64,000 nt of DNA, taken from NCBI GenBank assembly GCA_963820525.1, contig CAWGAA010000001.1, positions 2,496,001 to 2,560,000 on the forward strand, given 5' to 3'. Positions 29,222 to 39,272 of the stretch are shown piece by piece. Below the pieces are notes generated by a model that was given only the letters and a program-made list of their open reading frames with translations, had not been told where the DNA came from and did no database searches. Position 1 is the first letter of the stretch; every line of letters begins with the position of its first letter. The DNA comes from an uncultured Spirochaetota bacterium. GTDB lineage: Bacteria; Spirochaetota; Spirochaetia; SZUA-6; Fen-1364. The translations under genes were made by a program, and so were the position numbers.

Positions 29222-30697
29222 ATGTCGAGGCGAAAGCGAATCAGCTTGCTCTGGATGTCCCTCGCGCTCTTTATCCCGATCCAAGGAGTCTCTTCCCCCA
29301 TGGGCACCAACAATTCAAAGATCGCAGAAATAAAACCCGCCCCGTTGTTCACCAATAACATGGTCCTCCAGCAAGAGAAGAAGGCCCCCGTGTGGGGCAA
29401 GGGAGAGCCGGGACTGACCGTGAAGGTCTCCTTTGCCGGACAGAAGAAGGAGGCGGCGGTGGGACCCGATGGCTCCTGGCGCTTGATTCTCGATCCGATG
29501 GAAGCTTCGGCAGAAGGGCGCGACATGGTGATCCGATACGACGCCGACCCTGGATCCGCCATTACCCTGGAAAACGTCCTGGTCGGTGAAGTTTGGCTCT
29601 GCTCGGGGCAGTCGAACATGGAGATGGGAATGTCCGCCATCGCGGACCGCGGCCGGGAGCTTCGCGACACTCGCTATCCCGAGATCCGACTCTTTCTCAT
29701 CTCCAAGAACGCCAGCCCCTTCCCCGCGGAGGAGCTTCCCTCGATCTGGCTCGAAAGCACCCGCGAGAACCTGGTGAGCGGCGGGTGGATGGGCTTTTCG
29801 GCGGTGGCCTTCACTTTCGGACGGAAGCTCTACACGGAGCTCAAAGTCTCCATCGGCCTGATCCAATCCGCTTATGGAGGGAGTGCCGCGTACCCGTGGG
29901 TTCCCCCCGAGGAGCTTGAGTCGACGCCTGTATTGGCGGCGAACGCCCGGGCGCTCAAGGCGGCGACCCTCTACAACGCAATGGTGTACCCCCTGGTTCC
30001 TTTCGCCATGAGAGGGGTGTTGTGGTACCAGGGTGAGGCCGACGTTGACAACCCAGCGGCGTACCCCGAAACGATGAAGGCCTTGATCTCAGGGTGGAGG
30101 CGGGTCTTCGAGCAGCAGGACCTTCCCTTCTACTCCGTCGAGCTTGCGCCCTGGAACTACGGAAGCGAGGGCTCTCTGCCCCGCATGTGGGAAGCCCAGG
30201 AGGAGTGCCTCTCCATCGAGAACACGGGCATGATCACGACGGTCGATGTGGGAGACCCCAGGGACATTCATCCCACCAGGAAGCGCGAGGTGGGCGAGCG
30301 GCTTGCCCTCCTGGCTCTGGCCAAGACCTATGGGAGAAGCGGAATCGAATATTCGGGGCCGGTGTATCGCTCTATGAAAAAAGAAGGCGACACCCTCGTG
30401 ATATCTTTCGACCATGCGGGGAGCGGCCTTTCATCAAGCGACGGCAGGCCCCTCTCCTGGTTCACGATCGAGGGGGCGAACGGGGAGTTCGTCCCGGCCG
30501 AGGCTGTAATCGCGGGGGATACGGTGCGAGTCAGGGCGAGGCAAGTGAAGGATCCCCGCTGCGTGCGCTTCGCATGGTCGAACACTCCGAGCCCCAACCT
30601 GGCGAACCGAGCGGGGCTGCCGGCCTGGCCCTTCAGAACGGATAGGGAGGAAGGCCGCCCATCCATTCGCTCTCTTGAGGCCTTGACACATTATTAA
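29222..30697 (+). CDS. Sialate O-acetylesterase family (SGNH/SASA), secreted
   Basis: Signal-like N-terminus; NMVLQQ, GEVWLCSGQSNM, FSAVAF, WYQGE, DIHP. Confidence 0.9.
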   Translation: MSRRKRISLLWMSLALFIPIQGVSSPMGTNNSKIAEIKPAPLFTNNMVLQQEKKAPVWGKGEPGLTVKVSFAGQKKEAAVGPDGSWRLILDPMEASAEGRDMVIRYDADPGSAITLENVLVGEVWLCSGQSNMEMGMSAIADRGRELRDTRYPEIRLFLISKNASPFPAEELPSIWLESTRENLVSGGWMGFSAVAFTFGRKLYTELKVSIGLIQSAYGGSAAYPWVPPEELESTPVLAANARALKAATLYNAMVYPLVPFAMRGVLWYQGEADVDNPAAYPETMKALISGWRRVFEQQDLPFYSVELAPWNYGSEGSLPRMWEAQEECLSIENTGMITTVDVGDPRDIHPTRKREVGERLALLALAKTYGRSGIEYSGPVYRSMKKEGDTLVISFDHAGSGLSSSDGRPLSWFTIEGANGEFVPAEAVIAGDTVRVRARQVKDPRCVRFAWSNTPSPNLANRAGLPAWPFRTDREEGRPSIRSLEALTHY

Positions 30698-30725
30698 TCA
30701 TAACTATAATCATTATAGTTATGAT
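30683..30725 (+). promoter_or_regulatory. Consensus sigma70 promoter overlapped by a perfect 14-1-14 palindrome (probable MarR operator)
   Basis: TTGACA (30683)-N16-TATAAT (30705); ATCATAACTATAAT-C-ATTATAGTTATGAT at 30697-30725. Confidence 0.85.
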
Positions 30726-31197
30726 CTTTTATGAGAGCTCCCAACGCATCTTCGAGCTTGCCGCCCTGATCTCCACCAAGACTCGCAAAGCGGTGCACGC
30801 CCGCGTGAAACGGTTCGGAATCACCGCGGACCAGTTCGCCACGCTCTTGGTGCTTGGCCGCTCGGGGGGAATCAGCCAGCGGGAGCTGGCCGTGGCGCTT
30901 GAGACCGACACGACTACCGCCATGGTGATCTGCGACGGCCTGGAGAGGCGTGGGCTCATCGACCGAACCCGCGACCCCTCGGACCGGCGGGTGAATCGGC
31001 TCTCGATGAGCGAGAAGGCGAAAAGGCTCATGACCCGGGTCACTCCCGAGGTCGAGCGTCTCGTCGCCCCCCTTCTCTCCGCGGTCTCGGCCGGAGAGCT
31101 CGAGCGCGTCATCCCCGTATTGGAGAAGCTGGCGCAGAAAGCACGGGAGCTGTCTGAAGATGCGAAGCGCGTGAAGCGCTCGAGGAGTGAAGCGTGA
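30721..31197 (+). CDS. MarR family transcriptional regulator
   Basis: GITADQF, ISQRELA, LERRGLIDR..DPSDRR. Confidence 0.93.
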   Translation: MIFYESSQRIFELAALISTKTRKAVHARVKRFGITADQFATLLVLGRSGGISQRELAVALETDTTTAMVICDGLERRGLIDRTRDPSDRRVNRLSMSEKAKRLMTRVTPEVERLVAPLLSAVSAGELERVIPVLEKLAQKARELSEDAKRVKRSRSEA

Positions 31198-31538
31198 GCA
31201 TTCTGTCGATTCTTCTCGTCGTTGGGGCCGGCGCGATCAACGCCGCCGGGTCTTCCCTCATGAAGTACGCCATGACGTACAGGTCAGGGGCAGGGCACAA
31301 TGGAACGGTATTCGCACTCATCATGATCGTCGCGATGGGGCTCTTCGGGGGCGGCTTTCCCCTCTACGCGATAGGACTCTCGCGGACACGGCTCTCCGTG
31401 GCCCAGCCCGTCTTCAGCGCGACTGCCTATCTTTCCGTCACTCTTGTCTCGGTGCTTCTCTTGAAGGAAGCCTTTGCTCCCATCAAGCTGGCTGGGTTGG
31501 CGGCAATAGTCATCGGAATGATCGTGGTTGCCAGTTGA
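31194..31538 (+). CDS. Small multidrug resistance (SMR/DMT) family membrane protein
   Basis: 114 aa, 4 TM, LSVAQPVF, LLKE..KLAGLAAIVIG. Confidence 0.75.
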   Translation: MSILSILLVVGAGAINAAGSSLMKYAMTYRSGAGHNGTVFALIMIVAMGLFGGGFPLYAIGLSRTRLSVAQPVFSATAYLSVTLVSVLLLKEAFAPIKLAGLAAIVIGMIVVAS

Positions 31539-31605
31539 CAAATCTGGAGCTGAAGAAATCGGCACGGCGTGCCGCTTTATTGAAAGACCCCCGCCGCGCT
31601 CGCCG

Positions 31606-32592
31606 CTACTCCAGCGCAAGGGCTTCCGACTTCGCTTCCCTCTCCTCGAGGAGCATGTCGATTTCCGTGATCTCTTCGGCAGTGAGGTCCCAATCTGCGG
31701 CACCGGCGGTCTCTTCGACCTGGTCCGGCCTTCTACCGCCGACTATCGCCGCCGTCACCTCGGGTCTCCGCAGCACCCAGGAGATCGACAGCTCCGCGGC
31801 GCTCCGCCCCCTGCGCGCCGCCACCCTTTCCAGCTTCTCCACCAGCTCCAGGTTGTAGCTGAGCGCCGGTTCCGTGAAGTAGGGGCTTCGCCTCCGCCAG
31901 TCGTCCTCGGGCAGGTCTTCGACGCTCTCCTTGGTGAACTTTCCGGCCAGGAGCCCGGCCTGCATCGGGCTGTACGAGATCACGCCGATCCCGTTCGCCA
32001 TGCAGAAAGGGAGAAGCTCGGCCTCGACTTCCCGCCGGAGCATGCTGTAGGGGGGCTGAAGGGAAGCGACGGGATGGATCTTCCGGATCCTGCGGATCTG
32101 CTCGACGGTGAAATTGGAGACGCCGGCATGCCGGATCTTCCCCTCCTTCACGTGCCGGGAGATCTCCGCCCAGCCTTCCTCGATATCGGTGACGGGGTTG
32201 GGCCAATGGATCTGATAGAGGTCGATGTAATCCGTGGCGAGCCTCCTGAGGCTCGCCTCCAGCTCCGCCCGTATGCTGTCCGCCTTCAAGCAGTGCCCCG
32301 GCACCGAGTCTCCCGGATTCCACACGCGGCCGCACTTGGTAGCGATGATCACCTTATCCCGCCGTCCGGTAACGGCCTTTCCCACCACTTCTTCGGAATG
32401 CCCGTAGCCATAGACCGCCGCGGTGTCGATCCAGTTGATCCCGATCTCCAGGGCGCGATGGATCGTGGAGATGGAGCTCGCGTCGTCCTGGGGACCCCAG
32501 GCGAACGCCCATCCGGCGCCTCCCATGGCCCATGTGCCAAGGCCGATTCGCGAGAGTTCGAGGTCCGTATGTCCGAGCTTCCTTCGCCTCAT
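31606..32592 (-). CDS. Aldo/keto reductase
   Basis: IGLGTWAMGG, GINWIDTAAVYG, IDLYQIHWP, GVSNF, LQPPYS, YSPM. Confidence 0.95.
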   Translation of the reverse strand: MRRRKLGHTDLELSRIGLGTWAMGGAGWAFAWGPQDDASSISTIHRALEIGINWIDTAAVYGYGHSEEVVGKAVTGRRDKVIIATKCGRVWNPGDSVPGHCLKADSIRAELEASLRRLATDYIDLYQIHWPNPVTDIEEGWAEISRHVKEGKIRHAGVSNFTVEQIRRIRKIHPVASLQPPYSMLRREVEAELLPFCMANGIGVISYSPMQAGLLAGKFTKESVEDLPEDDWRRRSPYFTEPALSYNLELVEKLERVAARRGRSAAELSISWVLRRPEVTAAIVGGRRPDQVEETAGAADWDLTAEEITEIDMLLEEREAKSEALALE

Positions 32593-32636
32593 GCGGATGC
32601 CCTCTTCAAAAATATGCGGATTTCCCGCGCAACCGG

Positions 32637-33641
32637 CTACCGGAAGCGAAGGCGGCCTCCCGTATCCGCCGCCTCCCGGCTTTTCAGCGCGAGCTCGCAC
32701 ACGTCAAACGCCTGCCCCGCGGTGATCGAAAGCTTCCGCTCGCCGCCGATCGAACGGATGAACTCCTCGAATAGCGAGTGGGACGCCCCCAGGGGAAGCT
32801 TCCGCGTCGGGGAATCCTCGGTGGTGATCGTCGCTTCCCCCTGGGCGATCTCCACGATCCCCTTCTCTCCCGCGACGCGAAGCCTGTCTTCGCCATGGGT
32901 CGACGCCGCGGCCGGCCTGAAATAGTCGAAGCTCACCGCCGCGACCCCGGAGTTGGAAAGGCTGTAGAAGCAGATCCCGCAGCTCTCAAGCTCTCCATGC
33001 CCACGGTTTCCCCGGGCGGTCTGGCAGGCAGTCACATGCGTGATAGCTCCGCCGGTGAACCAGTAGACCCAATCGATGGCATGGATCGCCACCCATGGGA
33101 TGCTTCCCCCATAGGAAGCTCGGCGCGTATACATGGGGTGGCGCGTCCCCAGCTTGTACGACTTGTGGGCGGTGATCAGAAGCGGCTCGCCGAGCAGCCC
33201 CTGCCCCACGGCCTGGCGGGCCGCCATGAACTCGGGGTGATACCGGTAGGGGAACATGGGGCAGAGCGCGACGCCGCTCGCCTCATGGACAGACCGCATG
33301 CGATCCAGCTGCTCGAAGGAAACCGCCATGGGTTTTTCAACGAACACGGCGATTCCCCGCCTCATGCAGTCGCAGGCCACGGGAGCCTGGAGAGAGAAGA
33401 ACGGGGCCACGACCGCCACATCCGGCTTCTCGCGGTCGAGCATCTCTGTGTAGTTGTCGTAATAGGGGATCAGGGAGGGCTCCATCAGCTCGATGAAGAA
33501 CTCCCGGGCATCTTCGTCGGGAGAGCCGGGAGCGATTCCCACGAAGGAGAGATCCGGTAGCCTGTCGCGCACGGAAAGGGCGAGGTCGATGTGGCCGCTG
33601 GTGCCGATGATCACCGCCTTCACGGTCGCCTCCCTGTTCAT
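32637..33641 (-). CDS. Gfo/Idh/MocA family oxidoreductase
   Basis: VFVEKPMA, YRY, GGSIPWVAIHAIDW. Confidence 0.9.
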   Translation of the reverse strand: MNREATVKAVIIGTSGHIDLALSVRDRLPDLSFVGIAPGSPDEDAREFFIELMEPSLIPYYDNYTEMLDREKPDVAVVAPFFSLQAPVACDCMRRGIAVFVEKPMAVSFEQLDRMRSVHEASGVALCPMFPYRYHPEFMAARQAVGQGLLGEPLLITAHKSYKLGTRHPMYTRRASYGGSIPWVAIHAIDWVYWFTGGAITHVTACQTARGNRGHGELESCGICFYSLSNSGVAAVSFDYFRPAAASTHGEDRLRVAGEKGIVEIAQGEATITTEDSPTRKLPLGASHSLFEEFIRSIGGERKLSITAGQAFDVCELALKSREAADTGGRLRFR

Positions 33642-33757
33642 CGGAGAATACCATAAAACGGCTGTGTCTCACAGGCTGAAGCGCTCGCGCTTCGTGTTGC
33701 CCTTTCACCCTCGGCTCAGGTACTGTAAGAGAAGGGAACGGGCCAGGAGGAAAGTGA

Positions 33758-34942
33758 ATGAAAAAGGGAGCTCTGGGAGCCCAGGCGGCATTGTTTTTCG
33801 TGATCCTTTTCGGCTGCGTGAGCCTGTTCTCCGACATGACCTATGAGGGAGCCCGCAGCATCACGGGGCCGTTCCTCAAGGTCTTGGGAGCCAGCGCAAC
33901 GGTTGTCGGCATCGTGGCAGGGCTGGGAGAGCTCATCGGCCATATCTTCCGCCTTGTCTCCGGCTTCATCGCGGACCGGACCAAGCGCTATTGGACCCTC
34001 ACCATCCTCGGTTACGCGGTGAACCTCGTGGCCGTTCCACTTATCGCGCTCTCGGGAAACTGGATCGTCGCCTCCCTGCTCATCGTCATGGAACGGTTCG
34101 GCAAGGCGGTCAGGAAGCCGTCGGGTGACGCAATGCTGTCCTTCGCGCGGGAGAAGGTGGGAAGCGGCTGGACCTATGGGCTGCACGAGGCAATGGATCA
34201 AATCGGAGCCGTGGCCGGGCCCGTCATCGTGGCCGGCGTGCTCTTCCTGCGCTCCGACAACTATCGGCTCGGCTTCGCCGTGCTTGCCGTTCCCGCCCTC
34301 ATAGCGATCGCCATCGTGCTGATCACGCGTTTCCTCTACCCCAACCCTTCCAATCTCGAGGTGAAGAAGCTCGCCCTCGAATCCCGCGGCTTCCAGGGGC
34401 GCTACTGGCTGTACCTCCTGGCCGTCGGCTTTGTCGCCCTCGGGTTCGCAGACTGGGCTTTAGTGGCGTATCACTTTCAGGCCAAGGGGCTCTTCTCCGA
34501 GACCACCATCCCTCTGCTCTATGCCCTGGCAATGGCCGTCGACGCTCTGGCCGCCCTGTTCTTCGGCTGGTTCTATGACCGCGCGGGTCCCGGGAGCCTT
34601 GTCATCGCGGCCCTCATCTCATCCGCTTTCGCTCCCTTCGCTTTCCTGGGGGGGCCCACCGGGGTGATCGTGGGGGTGGTTCTCTGGGGAATCGGGATGG
34701 GATGGCAGGAGTCGATCATGCGCTCCGTTGTCGCCGATCTCACTCCCAAGGAAAGACGCGCATCCGCATTCGGCGTGTTCAACACGGGATATGGGATCTT
34801 CTGGTTTGCCGGAAGCGCCCTCATCGGGATTCTCTACGGCGCTTCGATCCTCGCCGTGGTCATCTTCTCCGTGGCCGCACAGCTTGTTTCGCTTCCCCTG
34901 TTTGTCGCCATCACGCTGAAGAAGGGGAGGGCGGGCGCCTAG
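33758..34942 (+). CDS. MFS transporter (12 TM)
   Basis: DMTYEGARSI, GFIADRTKRYW, ERFGKAVR, HEAMDQIGA, ERRASAFG. Confidence 0.92.
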   Translation: MKKGALGAQAALFFVILFGCVSLFSDMTYEGARSITGPFLKVLGASATVVGIVAGLGELIGHIFRLVSGFIADRTKRYWTLTILGYAVNLVAVPLIALSGNWIVASLLIVMERFGKAVRKPSGDAMLSFAREKVGSGWTYGLHEAMDQIGAVAGPVIVAGVLFLRSDNYRLGFAVLAVPALIAIAIVLITRFLYPNPSNLEVKKLALESRGFQGRYWLYLLAVGFVALGFADWALVAYHFQAKGLFSETTIPLLYALAMAVDALAALFFGWFYDRAGPGSLVIAALISSAFAPFAFLGGPTGVIVGVVLWGIGMGWQESIMRSVVADLTPKERRASAFGVFNTGYGIFWFAGSALIGILYGASILAVVIFSVAAQLVSLPLFVAITLKKGRAGA

Positions 34943-34943
34943 C

Positions 34944-35390
34944 TTATCGATTGAGCTCTCCGGCAGTCGCCGTCGCTCCCCGGGCGCGCCCTCCGAGGGC
35001 ATAAGCCGTATACCCTCCGAACGCTCCATTCAGCGCCAGCCACGGCAGGGTAAAAAACCATTCCTTGTCAAAGAAGTGAAGGTGCCCCACCGCGACAGCC
35101 GAGTTGAGATAGAGGTACTTCAAGCCGACGAGCATGGTGATGAAGGCGACGATCTGAACAACCGCTCCGGTCGTCGCCATGCGCGCCCCCTCGCGGAGCC
35201 TTCGGGCCGCCAGGCATGCAAGGTCGGCGAAGAGGCCGATCAGGAGGCCCGAAGCCGAGAAAGCGAAAACAGCCCACAGCCCCACGAGAGATCTCTGCTG
35301 GAGCCAGTCGTAGTAGTACAGGGGGATGAAGCCGAGCGCGAAGTAGGGGATGAAAGCCCCGGTAATCGCGCCGAAGCGCTTCACCTTCAC
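34944..35390 (-). CDS. Hydrophobic membrane protein, possibly N-terminally truncated (ECF S-component-like)
   Basis: 4 hydrophobic segments; KVKRFGA start resembles the internal motif of MptD-like S components; in-frame TAG just upstream; no SD. Confidence 0.45.
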   Translation of the reverse strand: MKVKRFGAITGAFIPYFALGFIPLYYYDWLQQRSLVGLWAVFAFSASGLLIGLFADLACLAARRLREGARMATTGAVVQIVAFITMLVGLKYLYLNSAVAVGHLHFFDKEWFFTLPWLALNGAFGGYTAYALGGRARGATATAGELNR

Positions 35391-35904
35391 GGCCGGCTAC
35401 GGCGTGGAGCTGAAGGACATCTTCATTGCCAGGAAGACCTCCTCGCGGATCTCACTCGACGATATCGGCTTTTTGTACCGGGGCGGGCAAAAGCTTCTGC
35501 AGAGAGTTCGCCTCTCTGTCTCTCCCCGGGAGATCGCCGTCATCACGGGGGATTCCGGAGTGGGAAAGACGACCCTCCTGAAGCTGATCGGCTCGCTTCT
35601 CAAGCCCACCGAGGGGCTGGTCGGCTGCCCTCAGGGGATCGGGTTCGTGTTCCAGGACGACCGTCTCCTTCCCTGGCGAAACGTGTCGGCCAGCGCAGCG
35701 CTGCCCCTCATCTACCAGGGCTTCAGCGGGCTTCACCGCGAGGCGCGCCGCATGCTCTGGGACAAGCTGCTCCGCCTTCTCGCCCTGCATCCGGTTCCCG
35801 TGGTCGTGGTGACCCATTTTCCCGAGGAAATCTCTTCGACGAAAGCCTGCCGGCTGTATGAGCTTCGAGGCGGGCCGGCCACCCTCGCGCGCATCGCTTT
35901 GTAG
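35350..35904 (+). pseudogene. SsuB/TauB-like ABC ATPase remnant lacking signature and Walker B motifs
   Basis: GDSGVGKT, GFVFQDDRLLPWRNV, then FSGLH..LW..VVVVTH; the LSGG and DEP segments are absent. Confidence 0.7.
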
Positions 35905-36003
35905 GCGGGGCGGGCGAAGCGAAGCCTCCTCCCGCCGGCGCTTGGAGAGGCGGGCCCCCGTCGTCATTGCGAAGAATCGACCTGTTGCTGTAGAATCACT
36001 GTC

Positions 36004-36492
36004 ATGAGCCGAGCAATCGAAAGCCGGGAGAACTCCTTTATCCAGGTCCTCCTCAAGCTGATCCCCAGCGAGGTCATCGCCGTCTTCATCTTCATCCAGG
36101 GGGTCATGCCCTACAGGCTTCTGCCTCACCTGATCGTTGCCCTGCTCCTCCTCGCCATCACTCCCGTGTACCTCTCCCGGGTCATGGGGGTTCGCTCCCG
36201 AGCGCAGCTCATCGTCTCCACGCTTTCCCTCGCCGTCTGGATCTACGCCATGAGGGGAGGACCCATCCAGTTCATCAAGCCGCCGTTCTACGAGCCCTGG
36301 TACGGCGCCGTGGCCCTTGCGGTCTGGACTCTCATTCCCCCCTTGTTTCTGGCAAACCCGGCCAGGGAAAAGACCGGAAGCGCCAGGATCCAAGCCGCTG
36401 CCGGAGGCGGCGCCAAAACCCCCACCTCATCCCGGGCCTCAGGCCGCTCCACGGCCGCCGCGCGAGGCACGAGGAAATCCACCCGTCACTAG
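36004..36492 (+). CDS. Hypothetical membrane protein (about 4 TM, basic tail)
   Basis: LLKLIPSEVIAVF.. hydrophobic helices; GC3-biased codons; TAGAAT 7 nt upstream. Confidence 0.75.
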   Translation: MSRAIESRENSFIQVLLKLIPSEVIAVFIFIQGVMPYRLLPHLIVALLLLAITPVYLSRVMGVRSRAQLIVSTLSLAVWIYAMRGGPIQFIKPPFYEPWYGAVALAVWTLIPPLFLANPAREKTGSARIQAAAGGGAKTPTSSRASGRSTAAARGTRKSTRH

Positions 36493-36554
36493 CGCCCCCG
36501 CCGCGTTGGACCGCCGCCTTGCCTTCGGGTGTATATTAGGCGGGGAGGTACCCT

Positions 36555-37289
36555 ATGTCGAAAACGTCGTCCGCTTTTCTCGTCGCAATGGCCGCCCACG
36601 CGGCGTTCGCCCCCCAGGGCTACGAGGAGGACATTTTCAATGCGGGAGACTCGACGACCCTGAAGATCACTTTCTTCGGGCACGCCACCCTGATGATCAC
36701 TCACGGAAAGACGGTGATCCACGTCGACCCCGTCGAGGAGTTTGCCAACTACGCAAAGCTGCCCAAGGCCGATCTCGTCCTGGTGACCCACGCCCACTCC
36801 GATCACTTCAGCCCGAGCGCGATCTCCGCCATACGCACGGCGGCCACCGAGATCGTCCTTACGGAGGCCTGCTCATCGAAGGTCCAGGGCGGAACAGTCC
36901 TTTCAAACGGCAATGCAAAGATCGTGAAGGGGATCCGCGTCGAGGCGATCCCCGCGTACAACATCGTGCACATGCGCTCGGCCGGGGCGCCGTTCCACCC
37001 GCGGGGAGAAGGAAACGGCTACCTGCTTTCCCTGGGAAAGATGCGGGTATACATCGCGGGAGACACGGAGAACACTCCGGAAATGAAGGCCGTGAAGGAT
37101 ATCGACATCGCCTTTCTCCCCATGAATCTGCCCTACACCATGACGCCCGAGATGGTGGCGGACGCCGCGCTCGCGATGCGGCCCAAGGTGCTCTACCCCT
37201 ATCACTTCGGGAGCACGGAGGTCTCGAGGCTTACCGCCCTCTTGGCGGGAGCCAAGGACATCGACGTGAGAGTGAGGAAAATGCAGTAG
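36555..37289 (+). CDS. MBL-fold metallo-hydrolase (UPF0173-like)
   Basis: FFGHAT, THAHSDH, YIAGDT, PMNLPYTM, YPYH; GGAGG SD. Confidence 0.92.
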   Translation: MSKTSSAFLVAMAAHAAFAPQGYEEDIFNAGDSTTLKITFFGHATLMITHGKTVIHVDPVEEFANYAKLPKADLVLVTHAHSDHFSPSAISAIRTAATEIVLTEACSSKVQGGTVLSNGNAKIVKGIRVEAIPAYNIVHMRSAGAPFHPRGEGNGYLLSLGKMRVYIAGDTENTPEMKAVKDIDIAFLPMNLPYTMTPEMVADAALAMRPKVLYPYHFGSTEVSRLTALLAGAKDIDVRVRKMQ

Positions 37290-37340
37290 GGGTCCCGTCC
37301 CCGGCCGCTGATGGCCTTCCCGGGCAATCGCCGCGACCCG

Positions 37341-39272
37341 CTAGAGGGCCCTTTTCGAGGGTTCAAGACACGTGATCATGTACAGCTCGATGTAGCGAAG
37401 CAGCGGCTCTTTCTTCTTGATCTTTTCCAGGCTGCGGGAGCCCGACAGCTGCTCGGCAAGCGCATGGATCCGGGCCATATCGGGAGGGTTGACCAGAAAG
37501 GTGCGCTTCACCGGCCTTAAAAAGTCCCGTACGAGGGCGTTCACGTCCTCAACCAGCTCGCGCTTGGGCCCCTCCGCGAAAAGAGGATTCCATTTCTCGG
37601 CCAGCTCATCCAGGGTCTTCTCCGCGCTCTTTCCCAAAGGAACGAAGCGGTCGCGCAGAAGCTGCAGGGCCCTGCGGTAGCGCGCCTGGAGGTCGCGATC
37701 CGCAGCTGCGGTGCGCGCCGCCTGGGAGCGCGCTGCGGGAGCCTTGTCCTCCCAGGATTGCCGGGGGGCGGGCTGCGAGCGGCGTACGGGAGTCCCTGCA
37801 CTCTGCTCCCTGGCCGCTCCATGAGTTCCTGAAAAAAGCCGGCGGAAGAGGGCGACGATCTGGCTGAGAACCGGCATGGTTTCCCAGATCGGCAGATAGG
37901 AGCGGGCTTCGGAGTAGAGAATCTGACGGAAGAGGCCCATGAGCTCGGCGAGCGGCCTCAGGCTGTTGTCGTGCTCGAAGCAGCGGCGGATCTCCTCGCG
38001 CGCCTCCGGGGTGAGGTTCGCCTCGCTCTTGGCCAGGTAGAGCAGGGGGGCATTGGCGAGCACCGCAAGAAGGGGAAAGCCCTGCCGTACCTTCGCATCC
38101 ACATCATTTTCAAAGGCCGAGTCGTTCTTCATCACCGGCTGGCTCATGTGACGCCGGAGAGCCGCCACCCAGTCCGTGATGTATTGATCGCGAAGCTCTT
38201 CAGCCGCCTCCGACAGCTTCTTGAGGAACACGGGCACCAGGATATCCTTTTGAATGAAATAGTCCTTGCCGCGGGCGCTGTCGTGGAGCCGGATGATGAA
38301 GGGGAGGCTCTCGTCGCCCGTTCTGCGCGTCTTCTCTTGTAGAAAGGAATGGATGAACTCATGGGTGTGCTTGGTGACGAACGGCACTCCCTTGTCATCG
38401 GCCAGGGCGTACAACCCCTCGAAGGTGAAGATGTACGGCGGCTTTCGAACGAGGATCTCCAGGCTCTTCCTGTCCGCCGACCTCTCCTGCTCCTTCTGCG
38501 CCTGACTCTTGCGGAAGAACGCGTAGTAGCCGACGATGTACGCGGACTGGCAGACACCCTGGTCCTGGCTCGTCTTTTCCTTTTTCTTCCTGAAGTCCTG
38601 GAGCACGAGGTTCACCAGATAGGTCCAGAATCTGAAACCGAAATCCGATGGGGAGAACACGCTCTGTGCCGCCTTCTTGGGGCGCGTTGCCGCATCCTCG
38701 ACCATCTGCCTGACGATCACGTCGTTTCCCCGGAAGATGGACATCAGCTTGCTCTCCACGAATCCGGCGTTCTTCGGATCGCTTAAGTACGCGGCGAGCT
38801 TCGTCACGGCAGCCTCGATGAGGTCCCCGCCGGCCGAGCGGCGCGGGACAATGAGGATGTCTATCCCTTCGGGAAAGACGAGCTTGGCCACGACGTGCTC
38901 CGAGTCTCCCGGCTCAGCCAGAAGCGAGGCGAAATCGGTCTTGATATCCACCGTGAAGATGCGCGAGGGAGGAATCGGCGCGGCGAAAGTCCCCTCCTGG
39001 GGGAAGGGCTTGGAAGGCTCCACCGTGAGTACTCGAAACTCTTCCTCGAGGAGAATGAGGAAGTAGTCGGAGAAGGTCGCGGTCTGCGGCATGCCGGAGT
39101 CGGGAGCAAGCACGCATTTGCCCGCGCTCTCCAGCTCCCGCAGAGCTGTTTCGATCTCCGCGTCGCTCGCCTTGGGCCGCGTGGAAGCGATGAACTTCCG
39201 CAGATCGATTGCCGCGGACCTGCTTTTCACGGAGAAGGCGTAAAGTGCCTGGAGGAGCTCCTGCGCAACCAT
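37341..39272 (-). CDS. Large conserved hypothetical protein (about 640 aa, mostly helical)
   Basis: Long ORF with GC3 bias; C-terminal LAEKWNPL..LVEDVNALVRDFLR..LLRYIELY resembles spirochete hypotheticals (from memory, unverified). Confidence 0.8.
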   Translation of the reverse strand: MVAQELLQALYAFSVKSRSAAIDLRKFIASTRPKASDAEIETALRELESAGKCVLAPDSGMPQTATFSDYFLILLEEEFRVLTVEPSKPFPQEGTFAAPIPPSRIFTVDIKTDFASLLAEPGDSEHVVAKLVFPEGIDILIVPRRSAGGDLIEAAVTKLAAYLSDPKNAGFVESKLMSIFRGNDVIVRQMVEDAATRPKKAAQSVFSPSDFGFRFWTYLVNLVLQDFRKKKEKTSQDQGVCQSAYIVGYYAFFRKSQAQKEQERSADRKSLEILVRKPPYIFTFEGLYALADDKGVPFVTKHTHEFIHSFLQEKTRRTGDESLPFIIRLHDSARGKDYFIQKDILVPVFLKKLSEAAEELRDQYITDWVAALRRHMSQPVMKNDSAFENDVDAKVRQGFPLLAVLANAPLLYLAKSEANLTPEAREEIRRCFEHDNSLRPLAELMGLFRQILYSEARSYLPIWETMPVLSQIVALFRRLFSGTHGAAREQSAGTPVRRSQPAPRQSWEDKAPAARSQAARTAAADRDLQARYRRALQLLRDRFVPLGKSAEKTLDELAEKWNPLFAEGPKRELVEDVNALVRDFLRPVKRTFLVNPPDMARIHALAEQLSGSRSLEKIKKKEPLLRYIELYMITCLEPSKRAL

